From assembly GCA_040376815.1 (NCBI GenBank), contig JBEIPX010000001.1:1-28002 (forward strand): a stretch of 28,002 nt of DNA, written 5' to 3'. The notes beneath the pieces are model-generated. The model saw nothing but the letters and a program-made list of their open reading frames with translations. It did not search any database and was not told where the DNA came from. Position 1 is the first letter of the stretch, and every line of letters begins with the position of its first letter. This stretch comes from Bradyrhizobiaceae bacterium. GTDB lineage: Bacteria; Pseudomonadota; Alphaproteobacteria; Rhizobiales; Xanthobacteraceae. Positions 8,585 to 16,765 of this stretch are shown here, in pieces. A program made the translations under genes and the position numbers.

Positions 8585-10015
8585 TTAAGCCGGCCCCGGC
8601 GCTCCGTAAGCTTCGGCCATCTCACGGATATGACGCAGCTTTGCTTCAAACAGCGACCAGTCGTCGCGTTCCGCGATCGGCGCCCACACGGCTTCGACCT
8701 CGTCGATCAACAGCGTGCAGGGTTTCGCCTGCTTGAAGTACGGACGATCGAGCCGCGCAGCATCGAGCGGCGCGAACGGCTTCATCGCCGCGCGCATCGG
8801 CAAGAAGTCAACCGATGAATAGCGCTCGCGCTCCGGACTTTCAGCCGCGCGCGTTTCGCTCGCGAGTCCGCCGTACCAGTCGAACAATGTCTGTTCGAAC
8901 GGCGCCTTGCTTTGCAGGAGATACGTCCAGACCGCGCGCGTCAGCTCCTCGTCGGTCGCCGCATCGATCGAGCGCACGCCGAGCCGCCACAGGATCGCAT
9001 CGTTGAACGCCTGTTGCAGCGCCGGACCGAATGCGCCGAGTGCACCCTCAAGCTGTTCCTTGCTGGCGAACGGCAGCAGGCACTCGGCAAGCCGCGTCAC
9101 GCACCAGAACCACTGATCCGGCTGGCGGCCGTAGGCATAGAGGCCCTGCTCATCGAAATACGCGGCGGTGAAATTCGGATCGAGTATCGGCAGGAATCGC
9201 CACGGCCCGTAGTCGAAGCTCTCGCCGGTGACGTTGATATTGTCAGTATTCAGCACGCCGTGCACGAAGCCGCCCGCCATCGATTGCGCGCCGGTTCGTG
9301 CAACGCGGCGGCAGACCTCTTCGAGAAACGCCAGCGCGCGCGTGGTGAGGTCGTCATGCCAGAACTCCGGCATGTAGGTGCGGATCGCGTAATCGAGCAG
9401 GCGGCGCGCATTGTCCGGTTCGTTGAGGTAGGCGAAACGCTGGAACGAGCCGATGCGGATATGCGAGTGGCTGAGCCGCACCAGCACCGATGAGCGCGTC
9501 GGTGAGGGCTCGTCGCCGCGCGTGAGCGCTTCGCCGGTCTCGATCAGGCTGAACGATTTCGAGGTGTTGACGCCGAGCGCTTCGAGATACTCGGTGGCGA
9601 GCACTTCGCGCACGCCGCCCTTCAGCGTCAACCGGCCGTCGCCCTGCCGCGACCACGGTGTTTTCCCGGAACCCTTGGTGCCGAAGTCGAGCAGGCGGCC
9701 ATCGTCGAGATCGTGCAGCTGCGCGAACAGGAAGCCGCGTCCGTCGCCGAGGTCGGGGTTGTATACGCGAAACTGATGGCCATGATAGCGCAGCGCCAGC
9801 GGCTTCGGATGCGAGCCGGGTAGCGGCTCGAACTTGCCGAAGTGCGCGATCCATTCGTCGTCGCTGAGGGTGTCGAGGCCGACGCGCTTCGCCCATCGCT
9901 GATTGCGATGACGGATGACGTGCTGCGGAAATTTTGCCGCCGCGACCTCGTCATAGAACGTGCCGCCGAGCGCGGCATGCGAGGTCGATGGGCGGAAAGC
10001 GGGAGAGGGGGGCAT
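8585..10015 (-). CDS. selO: Protein adenylyltransferase SelO/YdiU (pseudokinase AMPylase)
   Basis: YHGHQF, LGDGRGFL, KGSGKTPWSRQGDGRLTL...RE and HGVLNTDN...DYGP signatures. Confidence 0.95.
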   Translation of the reverse strand: MPPSPAFRPSTSHAALGGTFYDEVAAAKFPQHVIRHRNQRWAKRVGLDTLSDDEWIAHFGKFEPLPGSHPKPLALRYHGHQFRVYNPDLGDGRGFLFAQLHDLDDGRLLDFGTKGSGKTPWSRQGDGRLTLKGGVREVLATEYLEALGVNTSKSFSLIETGEALTRGDEPSPTRSSVLVRLSHSHIRIGSFQRFAYLNEPDNARRLLDYAIRTYMPEFWHDDLTTRALAFLEEVCRRVARTGAQSMAGGFVHGVLNTDNINVTGESFDYGPWRFLPILDPNFTAAYFDEQGLYAYGRQPDQWFWCVTRLAECLLPFASKEQLEGALGAFGPALQQAFNDAILWRLGVRSIDAATDEELTRAVWTYLLQSKAPFEQTLFDWYGGLASETRAAESPERERYSSVDFLPMRAAMKPFAPLDAARLDRPYFKQAKPCTLLIDEVEAVWAPIAERDDWSLFEAKLRHIREMAEAYGAPGPA

Positions 10016-10035
10016 GTTACTCAGTTAAAGGCGAC

Positions 10036-10063
10036 GATGGCCGGGTCAAGCCCGGCCATGACG
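10036..10063 (-). repeat. CGTC-tagged REP palindrome
   Basis: Minus strand CGTC-ATGGCCGGG-CTTGA-CCCGGCCAT-C: 9-bp perfect stem with a CGTC tag, in the LLM-selO gap. Confidence 0.8.
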
Positions 10064-10086
10064 CTATTGTTCGAGGGACGCGCGCT

Positions 10087-11325
10087 TTAAGCTTTCTTCT
10101 GCAAATCCGGTGCGTTGACGGGCGCGATCGGCCCGCGTCCGGGCCCGGTCAGGGGCAACGCGGCGGCGGCCTTATCGTTCTCCATGATCTTGGCCATCAC
10201 CGCCTGTCCCGCGCGCTCGAAGATCGCACGGTTCTCGATCACGAATTTCTGCGACTTGCGCAGGCCGTCGATGTAGCCGTTGATCTCGGGCACCACATAG
10301 CGCGCGACCATGTCCCAGCTGCGGCGGGTATTCTCGGGATTCGCCCAGTCGTGCACGAAGCCGATGATGGCGCCGACGCCGCCGCTCGCGGTCATCAGGT
10401 CCTTGATCGTCTTCACCAGATCGTCAGGCGTGCCGATGGTTGACGCGGCACCCTCGATGAAGGCGGTCTTGTCCACGGCATCGTCGGGCGACGTGAAGGG
10501 GACGAGACCGGGCCGCTGCAGCGTCTGCACGTTATACTCGTTGTGCCAGCGCATCAGGCCGGGGCCGGCTTCGCGCCGCGCCTGCTCGCGGCTCTCGGCG
10601 ATGTGCCACGACAACAGCACGCGCCAGTTGGCGCGGTCGACGGTCTGGCCATGTTTCTTCGCCGCGTCTTCCGCGAAGCCCCACTGCGTCGGCAGCGCCA
10701 TCAGGCCCTGCGTCGACATCGAACCGAGCGAGATGATGCCGATGCCGTACTTGCCGGCGAGCGTCATGCCCGAAGGTGAAATCTGCGAGGCGACGACGAA
10801 CGGCATCTCTTCCTGCAGCGGCAGCATCTGCAATGCCGCGTCGTTCATCTCGAACCAGTCGGTCTTGGCGGTGACACGCTCGCCGTTGAACAGGCGGCGG
10901 ATCACGGCGATCGCCTCATCCTGCCGGTCGCGCTGGGTCATCGGATCGATGCCGAGGGTGTGCGCGTCGGACGCCAATGCACCCGGGCCGGAACCGAAGA
11001 TGGCGCGGCCGCCTGTCATGTAATCGAGCTGCACCATGCGCTGCGCGACGTTGAACGGATGGTGGTAGGGCAGCGAAATCACGCCGGTGCCGAGCCGAAT
11101 GCGCTTGGTGCGCTCGCCGGCAGCCGCCAGGAACATTTCCGGCGAGGCGATCATTTCCCATCCGGAGGAATGATGCTCGCCGCACCAGAATTCGTCATAG
11201 CCCAGCGCGTCCAGCTGCTCGACCAGATCGAGGTCGCGGCGGTACTGCAACAGCGGGTGTTCGCCGATCGGATGATGCGGTGCAAGGAAAGCGCCGAAGC
11301 GCAGGCGCGGCGTCTTCGCCATCAT
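10087..11325 (-). CDS. LLM class (luciferase-like) flavin-dependent monooxygenase
   Basis: FGAFLAPHH, LGYDEFWCGEHH, IRLGTGVISLPYHHP and GRAIFGSGPGAL. GGAG SD before ATG 11325. Confidence 0.92.
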   Translation of the reverse strand: MMAKTPRLRFGAFLAPHHPIGEHPLLQYRRDLDLVEQLDALGYDEFWCGEHHSSGWEMIASPEMFLAAAGERTKRIRLGTGVISLPYHHPFNVAQRMVQLDYMTGGRAIFGSGPGALASDAHTLGIDPMTQRDRQDEAIAVIRRLFNGERVTAKTDWFEMNDAALQMLPLQEEMPFVVASQISPSGMTLAGKYGIGIISLGSMSTQGLMALPTQWGFAEDAAKKHGQTVDRANWRVLLSWHIAESREQARREAGPGLMRWHNEYNVQTLQRPGLVPFTSPDDAVDKTAFIEGAASTIGTPDDLVKTIKDLMTASGGVGAIIGFVHDWANPENTRRSWDMVARYVVPEINGYIDGLRKSQKFVIENRAIFERAGQAVMAKIMENDKAAAALPLTGPGRGPIAPVNAPDLQKKA

Positions 11326-11438
11326 TGGTGCTCCCGGAAGTTTTGTGTTTTGTATTTGTATTGGCTCTAAGCTACGGGGTCGGCTGCCGCGACGCAAATG
11401 CAGCCGGCACGTCCCGCCATACTGCTTCCGAGGTTGAC

Positions 11439-13184
11439 ATGTCGAATGCGCCCACCCGCCGCCGCCCGGAAAAGCCCGAGGATCTGAGGAGCCATCGCTG
11501 GTTCGGGCCGGACGACATGCGCTCGTTCGGCCATCGCTCGCGCATGAAGCAGATGGGCTACGCGCAGGAGGAGTTCGAAGGCAAACCGGTGATCGCCATC
11601 GTCAACACCTGGAGCGGCTTCGCCCATTGCCACGCGCATTTTCGCGATCGCGTCGAGGATGTGAAGCGTGGTGTGCTGCAAGCCGGTGGCTTCCCGGTCG
11701 AAGTGCCGGTGATGGCGCTGCCGGAAAATTTCGTGAAACCCTCGACCATGCTGTATCGCAATTTCCTGGCGATGGAGGCGGAGGAGAACATCCGCTCGCA
11801 GCCGGTCGATGGCGCGGTGCTGATGGGCGGCTGCGACAAGACCACGCCGGCGCTGCTGATGGGCGCGATCAGCGCGGGCCTGCCCGCGATCTACATGCCG
11901 GCGGGGCCGATGCTGCGCGGCAACTGGCGCGGGCAGGTGCTCGGCTCTGGCAGCGATCTCTGGAAATACTGGGATGAGCGCCGCGCCGGCAACGTCAGCG
12001 ATGCGCAGTGGGACGAGATGGAGGGCGGCATCAACCGCTCCGACGGCGTCTGCATGACCATGGGCACTGCCGCGACCATGACGGCGATGGCGGAAGTGCT
12101 CGGCATGGCGTTGCCCGGCGCGTCATCGATTCCGGCGCCCGATGCCAATCATCCGCGCATGGCGGCGGCTTGCGGACGTCGGATCGTCGAGATGGTGTGG
12201 GAGGATCTGGTGCCGACGGACATCCTCACGTCCGGCGCGTTCGACAACGCCATCACCACCAGCGCTGCGATCGCGGGCTCGACCAATGCGATCATTCATC
12301 TGATCGCGGTTGCGCGCCGCGCCGGCATCGATCTCAAGCTCGAACGCTTCGATGAACTCTCCGCAAAGGTGCCGGTGATCGCCAACGTGCGCCCCTCCGG
12401 CAAATACTTGATGGAGGATTTCTATTACGCCGGTGGTCTGCCCGCGCTGATGACGCGCATCGCGGGCCATCTCGATCTCACGCAGAAGAACGTGCTCGGC
12501 AAGACGCTGAAGGACACGCTCGATGCAGCGAAGGTTTGGAACGACGACGTCATTCGTGTCGTCGATCAGCCGGTGTCATCGGCCAACGGCCTTGCCGTGT
12601 TGCGCGGCAATCTCGCGCCGGGAGGTTGCGTGATGAAGCCTTCGGCGGCGGAGCCGCGGCTGTTGAAGCATCGCGGCCCGGCGCTGGTGTTCGACGACTA
12701 CAATCACATGGCGGCGCAGGTCGATCGCGACGATCTCGACGTCACGCCGGATCATGTGCTGGTGCTGCGCAATTCAGGTCCGCAGGGCGGGCCGGGCATG
12801 CCGGAGTGGGGCATGCTGCCGATCCCGACCAAGCTCGTGAAGCAGGGTGTGCGCGATATGGTGCGCATTTCCGACGCGCGGATGAGCGGCACGAGTTATG
12901 GCGCCTGCGTGCTGCATGTCGCGCCGGAGAGTTTCGTCGGCGGCCCGCTGGCGCTGGTGAAGACCGGCGACATGATCGAGGTCGATATTCCGGCGCGCCG
13001 CATCCATCTCGACATCAGCGACGACGAGATGGCGAAGCGGAAGGCGGCCTGGAAAAAGCCCGCGCCGCGTTACACCCGCGGCTACGGTGCGATGTTCTCA
13101 CAGCACATCGGCCAGGCCGACATCGGCTGCGATCTGGATTTCCTTCAGGGAACGGACGCGACCGCCGAGCCGGAGATACATTGA
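11439..13184 (+). CDS. araD: IlvD/Edd family dehydratase, L-arabinonate (sugar-acid) dehydratase-like
   Basis: LRSHRWF, three Fe-S Cys motifs (CHAHF, GCDKT, CMTMGTA) and SDARMSGTSYG. GAGG SD before ATG 11439. The exact substrate is inferred. Confidence 0.85.
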   Translation: MSNAPTRRRPEKPEDLRSHRWFGPDDMRSFGHRSRMKQMGYAQEEFEGKPVIAIVNTWSGFAHCHAHFRDRVEDVKRGVLQAGGFPVEVPVMALPENFVKPSTMLYRNFLAMEAEENIRSQPVDGAVLMGGCDKTTPALLMGAISAGLPAIYMPAGPMLRGNWRGQVLGSGSDLWKYWDERRAGNVSDAQWDEMEGGINRSDGVCMTMGTAATMTAMAEVLGMALPGASSIPAPDANHPRMAAACGRRIVEMVWEDLVPTDILTSGAFDNAITTSAAIAGSTNAIIHLIAVARRAGIDLKLERFDELSAKVPVIANVRPSGKYLMEDFYYAGGLPALMTRIAGHLDLTQKNVLGKTLKDTLDAAKVWNDDVIRVVDQPVSSANGLAVLRGNLAPGGCVMKPSAAEPRLLKHRGPALVFDDYNHMAAQVDRDDLDVTPDHVLVLRNSGPQGGPGMPEWGMLPIPTKLVKQGVRDMVRISDARMSGTSYGACVLHVAPESFVGGPLALVKTGDMIEVDIPARRIHLDISDDEMAKRKAAWKKPAPRYTRGYGAMFSQHIGQADIGCDLDFLQGTDATAEPEIH

Positions 13185-13193
13185 GGTGTGCGC

Positions 13194-13334
13194 TTGATCC
13201 CTCCCCCTTGCGGGGAGGGTCGGCCGAGCGAAGCGGAGGCCGGGGTGGGGGGTTACTTCGGTGCCCCCACCCGGCGCTCCATTCGCTGTGCTCATTCGCG
13301 CCACCCTCCCCACGCTTCGCGGGGGAGGGATCAA
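13194..13334. repeat. 141-bp REP/MITE-like element with 14-bp perfect terminal inverted repeats
   Basis: TTGATCCCTCCCCC (13194-13207) / GGGGGAGGGATCAA (13321-13334). Terminal hairpins CCCTCCCC-N5-GGGGAGGG and CCCTCCCC-N10-GGGGAGGG, central GGGGTGGGGG/CCCCCACCC stem. Lies between convergent genes. Confidence 0.85.
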
Positions 13335-14084
13335 CTAGATCACCAGCTCCGTCCGCACGCGCCGCACGTCGAACTCGATGTCGGCGTCGGTGACCGGCGG
13401 CCAGCCGGGAAAGCACGAGACGCCGATCTGGCTGATGCCCGCGCGCGTGAACGCGCCCTCCAGCACCGGCCGCATGTCATGCACGGAGTAAATCTGTGCG
13501 GCGGTGACGCCCTTCCAGTCGCAGCCGAGCGCGGCGGTGCGCTCGCGCATGGCATCCATCACGAACTCCGCCTTCGCATCGATGCCCTTCAGCGAGGTAT
13601 CGCGTCCGCCGAAGGTGCGTTCGGGACCCGAGACGCCGTCACGGAATTCCGGCTTGCCGGAGATGAGAAAGTCACCCTTCGCGCCGGCCTCCGGCACCGT
13701 GTAGGTGAAAGCGTAGAACATCGCGCCCGTTGGCACCTCGGTGATCGGCGCGATGTTGCTGCGCGCGGGCGCGTTGATCTCGCCATGCCGGCAGCCCCAG
13801 GCGTGCAGCGTCTTCAGATATTCGGCGTTGAAGGCGGCAAATTCCGGCATCGTCATCGGCGCCGGCGAGCGCAGTTCGCAGGCGGCCACCGCCGTCAGCG
13901 GGCGGCCGAGCTTCTCCAGATGCGCCTTGATGCGGGAAAAGCCCGTGGTCATGGGCACCGGCCGTTCGAATCGGGCCCGGTGCAACGCGAATCCGGGGTT
14001 GGCAACCACCCCCGATGAGAACGGCCCGCCCGGGACCGGAAGAAACGAGAAGTTTCCCGGCTCGAAATTCATGATTTTTGTCAT
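13335..14084 (-). CDS. cnbZ: CnbZ-like (2-amino-5-chloromuconate deaminase family) protein
   Basis: FSSGVVANPGF, LGRPLTAVAACELRSPAP, FAAFNAEY...WG, ARSNIAP and FYAFTYTVP match the CnbZ family as I recall it. Homolog only; function not established. Confidence 0.7.
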   Translation of the reverse strand: MTKIMNFEPGNFSFLPVPGGPFSSGVVANPGFALHRARFERPVPMTTGFSRIKAHLEKLGRPLTAVAACELRSPAPMTMPEFAAFNAEYLKTLHAWGCRHGEINAPARSNIAPITEVPTGAMFYAFTYTVPEAGAKGDFLISGKPEFRDGVSGPERTFGGRDTSLKGIDAKAEFVMDAMRERTAALGCDWKGVTAAQIYSVHDMRPVLEGAFTRAGISQIGVSCFPGWPPVTDADIEFDVRRVRTELVI

Positions 14085-14153
14085 TTCCACCCCACGCCAG
14101 TCGCAAAAGCTGCTTTCCGGGCGTGTCCGCCCGGTTTGACCCCGTTTCCGGGC

Positions 14154-14188
14154 AATTGTTTCTTCGCTCCGGCTTGAACGAAACAATT
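14154..14188. promoter_or_regulatory. Inverted repeat AATTGTTTC-N17-GAAACAATT
   Basis: Perfect 9-bp AT-rich inverted repeat between the divergent cnbZ-like and small-protein genes. Confidence 0.45.
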
Positions 14189-14328
14189 CTCCGGTGCGAC
14201 GAAACCATTATCCGCTTTTAGCGCAAAACGCCGGAAACGGGACGGGCCTATTAACTACGTCCAACAACGCGGCACCAAGTCGCAACAACGGACACAGGGG
14301 CGACCCTGACAGGGACACGGAGATCAAC

Positions 14329-14496
14329 ATGCGCGCCATCGGTTTCATCCTCAGCGTCGGCCTCCTGATCGGCAGCGTTTCGGCAGCGGGCTCGGCGGAC
14401 AACCGCCTGCATGCGGGTCTCTTCACCTTCAACGGCTCGCCGGTCGAAGCGATGGTTTCGGTTCAGGCGCCGATGCAACTGGCGCTCGCCAAGTAA
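14329..14496 (+). CDS. 55-aa small protein with a signal-peptide-like N-terminus
   Basis: GGAG SD at 14319-14322. MRAIGFILSVGLLIGSVSAAG (basic, hydrophobic, A-x-A-like), then FTFNGSPV. Confidence 0.7.
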   Translation: MRAIGFILSVGLLIGSVSAAGSADNRLHAGLFTFNGSPVEAMVSVQAPMQLALAK

Positions 14497-14542
14497 GGTT
14501 TCGAGCAAGGTTTCGAGCGAGGCTTCGAACAAGATTTCAAGT
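14495..14542 (+). repeat. Degenerate 4 x 12-bp tandem repeat
   Basis: AAGGTTTCGAGC, AAGGTTTCGAGC, GAGGCTTCGAAC, AAGATTTCAAGT; begins inside the TAA stop codon. Confidence 0.85.
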
Positions 14543-14652
14543 CAGCGATTTTTGAGTGCCGAGTTTTATTTCCAAATTGATTGCCGATTTCATCACCTAA
14601 CACGTTGCGTATATTGCAAAGAGCAGCCCCCGGTTTCGGCCGGGGGCTTTTT
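14543..14652 (+). ncRNA. Candidate 3'-UTR-derived or stand-alone small RNA
   Basis: AT-rich non-coding stretch (GAGTGCCGAGTTTTATTTCCAAATTGATTGCCGATTTCATCACCTAAC...) ending in a strong intrinsic terminator. The 5' end is a guess. Confidence 0.4.
14625..14652 (+). terminator. Rho-independent terminator
   Basis: AGCCCCCGG-TTTCGG-CCGGGGGCT followed by TTTT. Confidence 0.88.
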
Positions 14653-14869
14653 GCTGTGTTCCGTCATTCGAGACTGCCGCACGCGCTCGATGAGCGGCTT
14701 TTGCGTTTATCGGACTAACGGAGCCTTCAGGAGTCGGTCGTTAGATTATGAATGTCAGGCAATCACCGTAAGCGCGAATAAGAGGTTTGCTGCTGCCAAA
14801 GGCACCCTTGTCCGTGAGCAAGCTGGAAATCCGGCTTGCGGGCCATGCAGTTCATTATGAGAGACTTCA

Positions 14870-15151
14870 ATGGGCGTTAACAAAAGAATAACCAAGCGGG
14901 TGGTCCTGGACCAGGATTTCAACTCCGCACTGATCGGAATCGACGGGACCTGGCAAACGCGCTGCCGCATCGAGAATATTTCGGACAGTGGGGCCAGGAT
15001 CAAAGTCTTTCAGCCGATCGGTACGCGGATGCGTAACGAGGAATTCTTTCTGGTCGTGACTGGTGACGCGAAAGTCCGGCGCCGTTCGAAACTGGTTTGG
15101 GCCAAGAGTACCGTTGCAGGCGTGACCTTTGTCGCGACAGGAAGAAGCTAG
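14870..15151 (+). CDS. Single-domain PilZ protein (c-di-GMP receptor candidate)
   Basis: RITKR (RxxxR) and NISDSG (D/NxSxxG); IDGTWQTRC, FFLVV and LVW...GVTF. Confidence 0.85.
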   Translation: MGVNKRITKRVVLDQDFNSALIGIDGTWQTRCRIENISDSGARIKVFQPIGTRMRNEEFFLVVTGDAKVRRRSKLVWAKSTVAGVTFVATGRS

Positions 15152-15154
15152 GCC

Positions 15155-15568
15155 GTGCCGGTTCTCAGGCAATTGGCGGTCCTCGCGGCTGGCGAGCGGG
15201 ACGAGAGGTCCATTGACGTTCTAAGTCAGTTTCAGATGCGATCATCCGTTCGCGAGACCGAGACGGATAAAGAACGATTCGAAAGCATCCTGAAGACGAT
15301 TGACGACGCGTGTGAGTCAGCCGCCACAGAGCGTGAGGGCCTCGTCCAGCGGATCAGAGCTATCGTTTTGCAGACCAAGGATGGTTCAGCCCGACAGCGG
15401 GCCTTTCAGCCGGATCGGACTTCCGGTTCGGTGTTGCATGAGCTCAACCAAGCCGAGGCACGGCTTGCCGGACTGTCGGAGCAGATCAAGCGCCTTGGGG
15501 GTGTTCGCAAACAGGTTGCTGAAATGGCGGTCGTCGTCGGTGAACTGCATCGCATCCATGACGAATGA
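15155..15568 (+). CDS. Hypothetical helical/coiled-coil protein
   Basis: Heptad-like segments (RFESILKTIDDACESAATEREGLVQRI; LNQAEARLAGLSEQIKRL). Starts 3 nt after the PilZ stop (GTG) or at ATG 15236. Confidence 0.65.
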   Translation: MPVLRQLAVLAAGERDERSIDVLSQFQMRSSVRETETDKERFESILKTIDDACESAATEREGLVQRIRAIVLQTKDGSARQRAFQPDRTSGSVLHELNQAEARLAGLSEQIKRLGGVRKQVAEMAVVVGELHRIHDE

Positions 15569-15573
15569 ATTAG

Positions 15574-16575
15574 TCATGCACCGGGATCGGGTGATCCTTT
15601 AGCCCGTGCCAGGGTTTGAGAGGGGCGCTCGCCGAACGCGTCGCGGAAGTCGCGGGCAAAATGTCCCTGGTTGGCGAATCCGCAGGCCAGAGCCACGCCG
15701 GTAACCGAGGTGTGCGCGTTCGGGGCTTTCAGCATGTCGCGCGCCCGGCTGAGGCGAACTGTCTTGGCGAATTGCATCGGCGAGTAGCCGCGACTCCTCT
15801 GGAAAGTAGCAAACAGGGTCCGGATGCTGACCCCGGTTGCTTCGGCAAGCTTCTCGACGGTGATCGCGCGATCCCAATTGGCTTCGATATATGCCTCGGC
15901 CCGCCGCACCTGCCACGGTGCGGCATCGCGCACGCCGCTCGCCAGCCGTTCGCTGTAGCCGTGTTGCCGGCTGGACAGGAATGCGACGATCATTGCCTGT
16001 TCCAATTCCTGCATGATTGCCGCCGGAATACCCTCCGGGCTGTCGTCGATTTGCCGGATCACGAACGAGAGCAGGTTGCGAAGCGCCCTATCCGCGCTCT
16101 CGCTGGTGCATGCAGTTGGATGAAAAGAGAGCGGCTGTGTGATGCGGGCATCGAGCAAGACGCTCAACTTCTGCGTCAGGGATTCGGTCGATAGCCGCAG
16201 CACCAGATGTTCGAAGCCATGGCCGTAGTCCAGCGTCGCGGATTGTCCCGGTGATGTCACACAGACGTTCCCGCCGTGCAGGATCGTCGTGGTGTTGTTG
16301 CTGATGGTTGCTGCATGGCCCGCCAGCGGGACTTGCATCCGGGCATAATCGCACTCTTCGAATGAAACGATGGCCCGCGCGCCGCAGGCGCTGAAGCCGA
16401 TGGCAACATCGTCGAACTTGACGAAATTCCCGCGCGTTCTCAATCCGCGAGGATTGGGGATTTCAAGCCGCCGTGCCCCGTACAGGTCCGTCAGGACATG
16501 ATGGAATTCCTCCGGGTCGGAGGTCCGGACCGACGGGTGCCGGTGCAGGGGGTCTATCGGAATGATGTTCTGCAT
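15574..16575 (-). CDS. AraC family transcriptional regulator
   Basis: VRRAEAYIEANW, LAEATGVSIRTLFATF...SPMQF, RLSRARDML and VTGVALACGFANQGHFARDFRDAFGERPS. Start MQNII at 16575. Confidence 0.93.
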   Translation of the reverse strand: MQNIIPIDPLHRHPSVRTSDPEEFHHVLTDLYGARRLEIPNPRGLRTRGNFVKFDDVAIGFSACGARAIVSFEECDYARMQVPLAGHAATISNNTTTILHGGNVCVTSPGQSATLDYGHGFEHLVLRLSTESLTQKLSVLLDARITQPLSFHPTACTSESADRALRNLLSFVIRQIDDSPEGIPAAIMQELEQAMIVAFLSSRQHGYSERLASGVRDAAPWQVRRAEAYIEANWDRAITVEKLAEATGVSIRTLFATFQRSRGYSPMQFAKTVRLSRARDMLKAPNAHTSVTGVALACGFANQGHFARDFRDAFGERPSQTLARAKGSPDPGA

Positions 16576-16708
16576 CTGGGCTGCTGGCTTGCGCTTTGCC
16601 GGTCGGCTGCGCTGGCTGAGTGAACCATGCGGTTTTGGGACTAAGGCTTCGTTACGGTCACATCGGTTAAATGAGAACAATCATTCAATCAACGTCAGGA
16701 GACGAGCA

Positions 16709-16735
16709 ATGCCGTTGCGGTTGTCGTCGCGGTAG
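16709..16735 (+). other. 8-codon upstream ORF (MPLRLSSR*) in frame with the PAS gene
   Basis: AGGAGA (16697-16702), 6-nt spacer, ATG 16709; TAG 16733-16735; same frame as GTG 16754 and ATG 16766. Confidence 0.45.
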
Positions 16736-16765
16736 TGTTCGCTTCCGAAGAGAGTGTCGCGGTGC

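Noticed and set aside
11335-11370. TTTGT triple repeat in the LLM/araD divergent promoter
   Set aside because: Short, low-complexity AT-rich promoter sequence; no regulator can be assigned.
14495-14542. CRISPR array
   Set aside because: The 12-bp units are contiguous with no spacers, and no cas genes are present.
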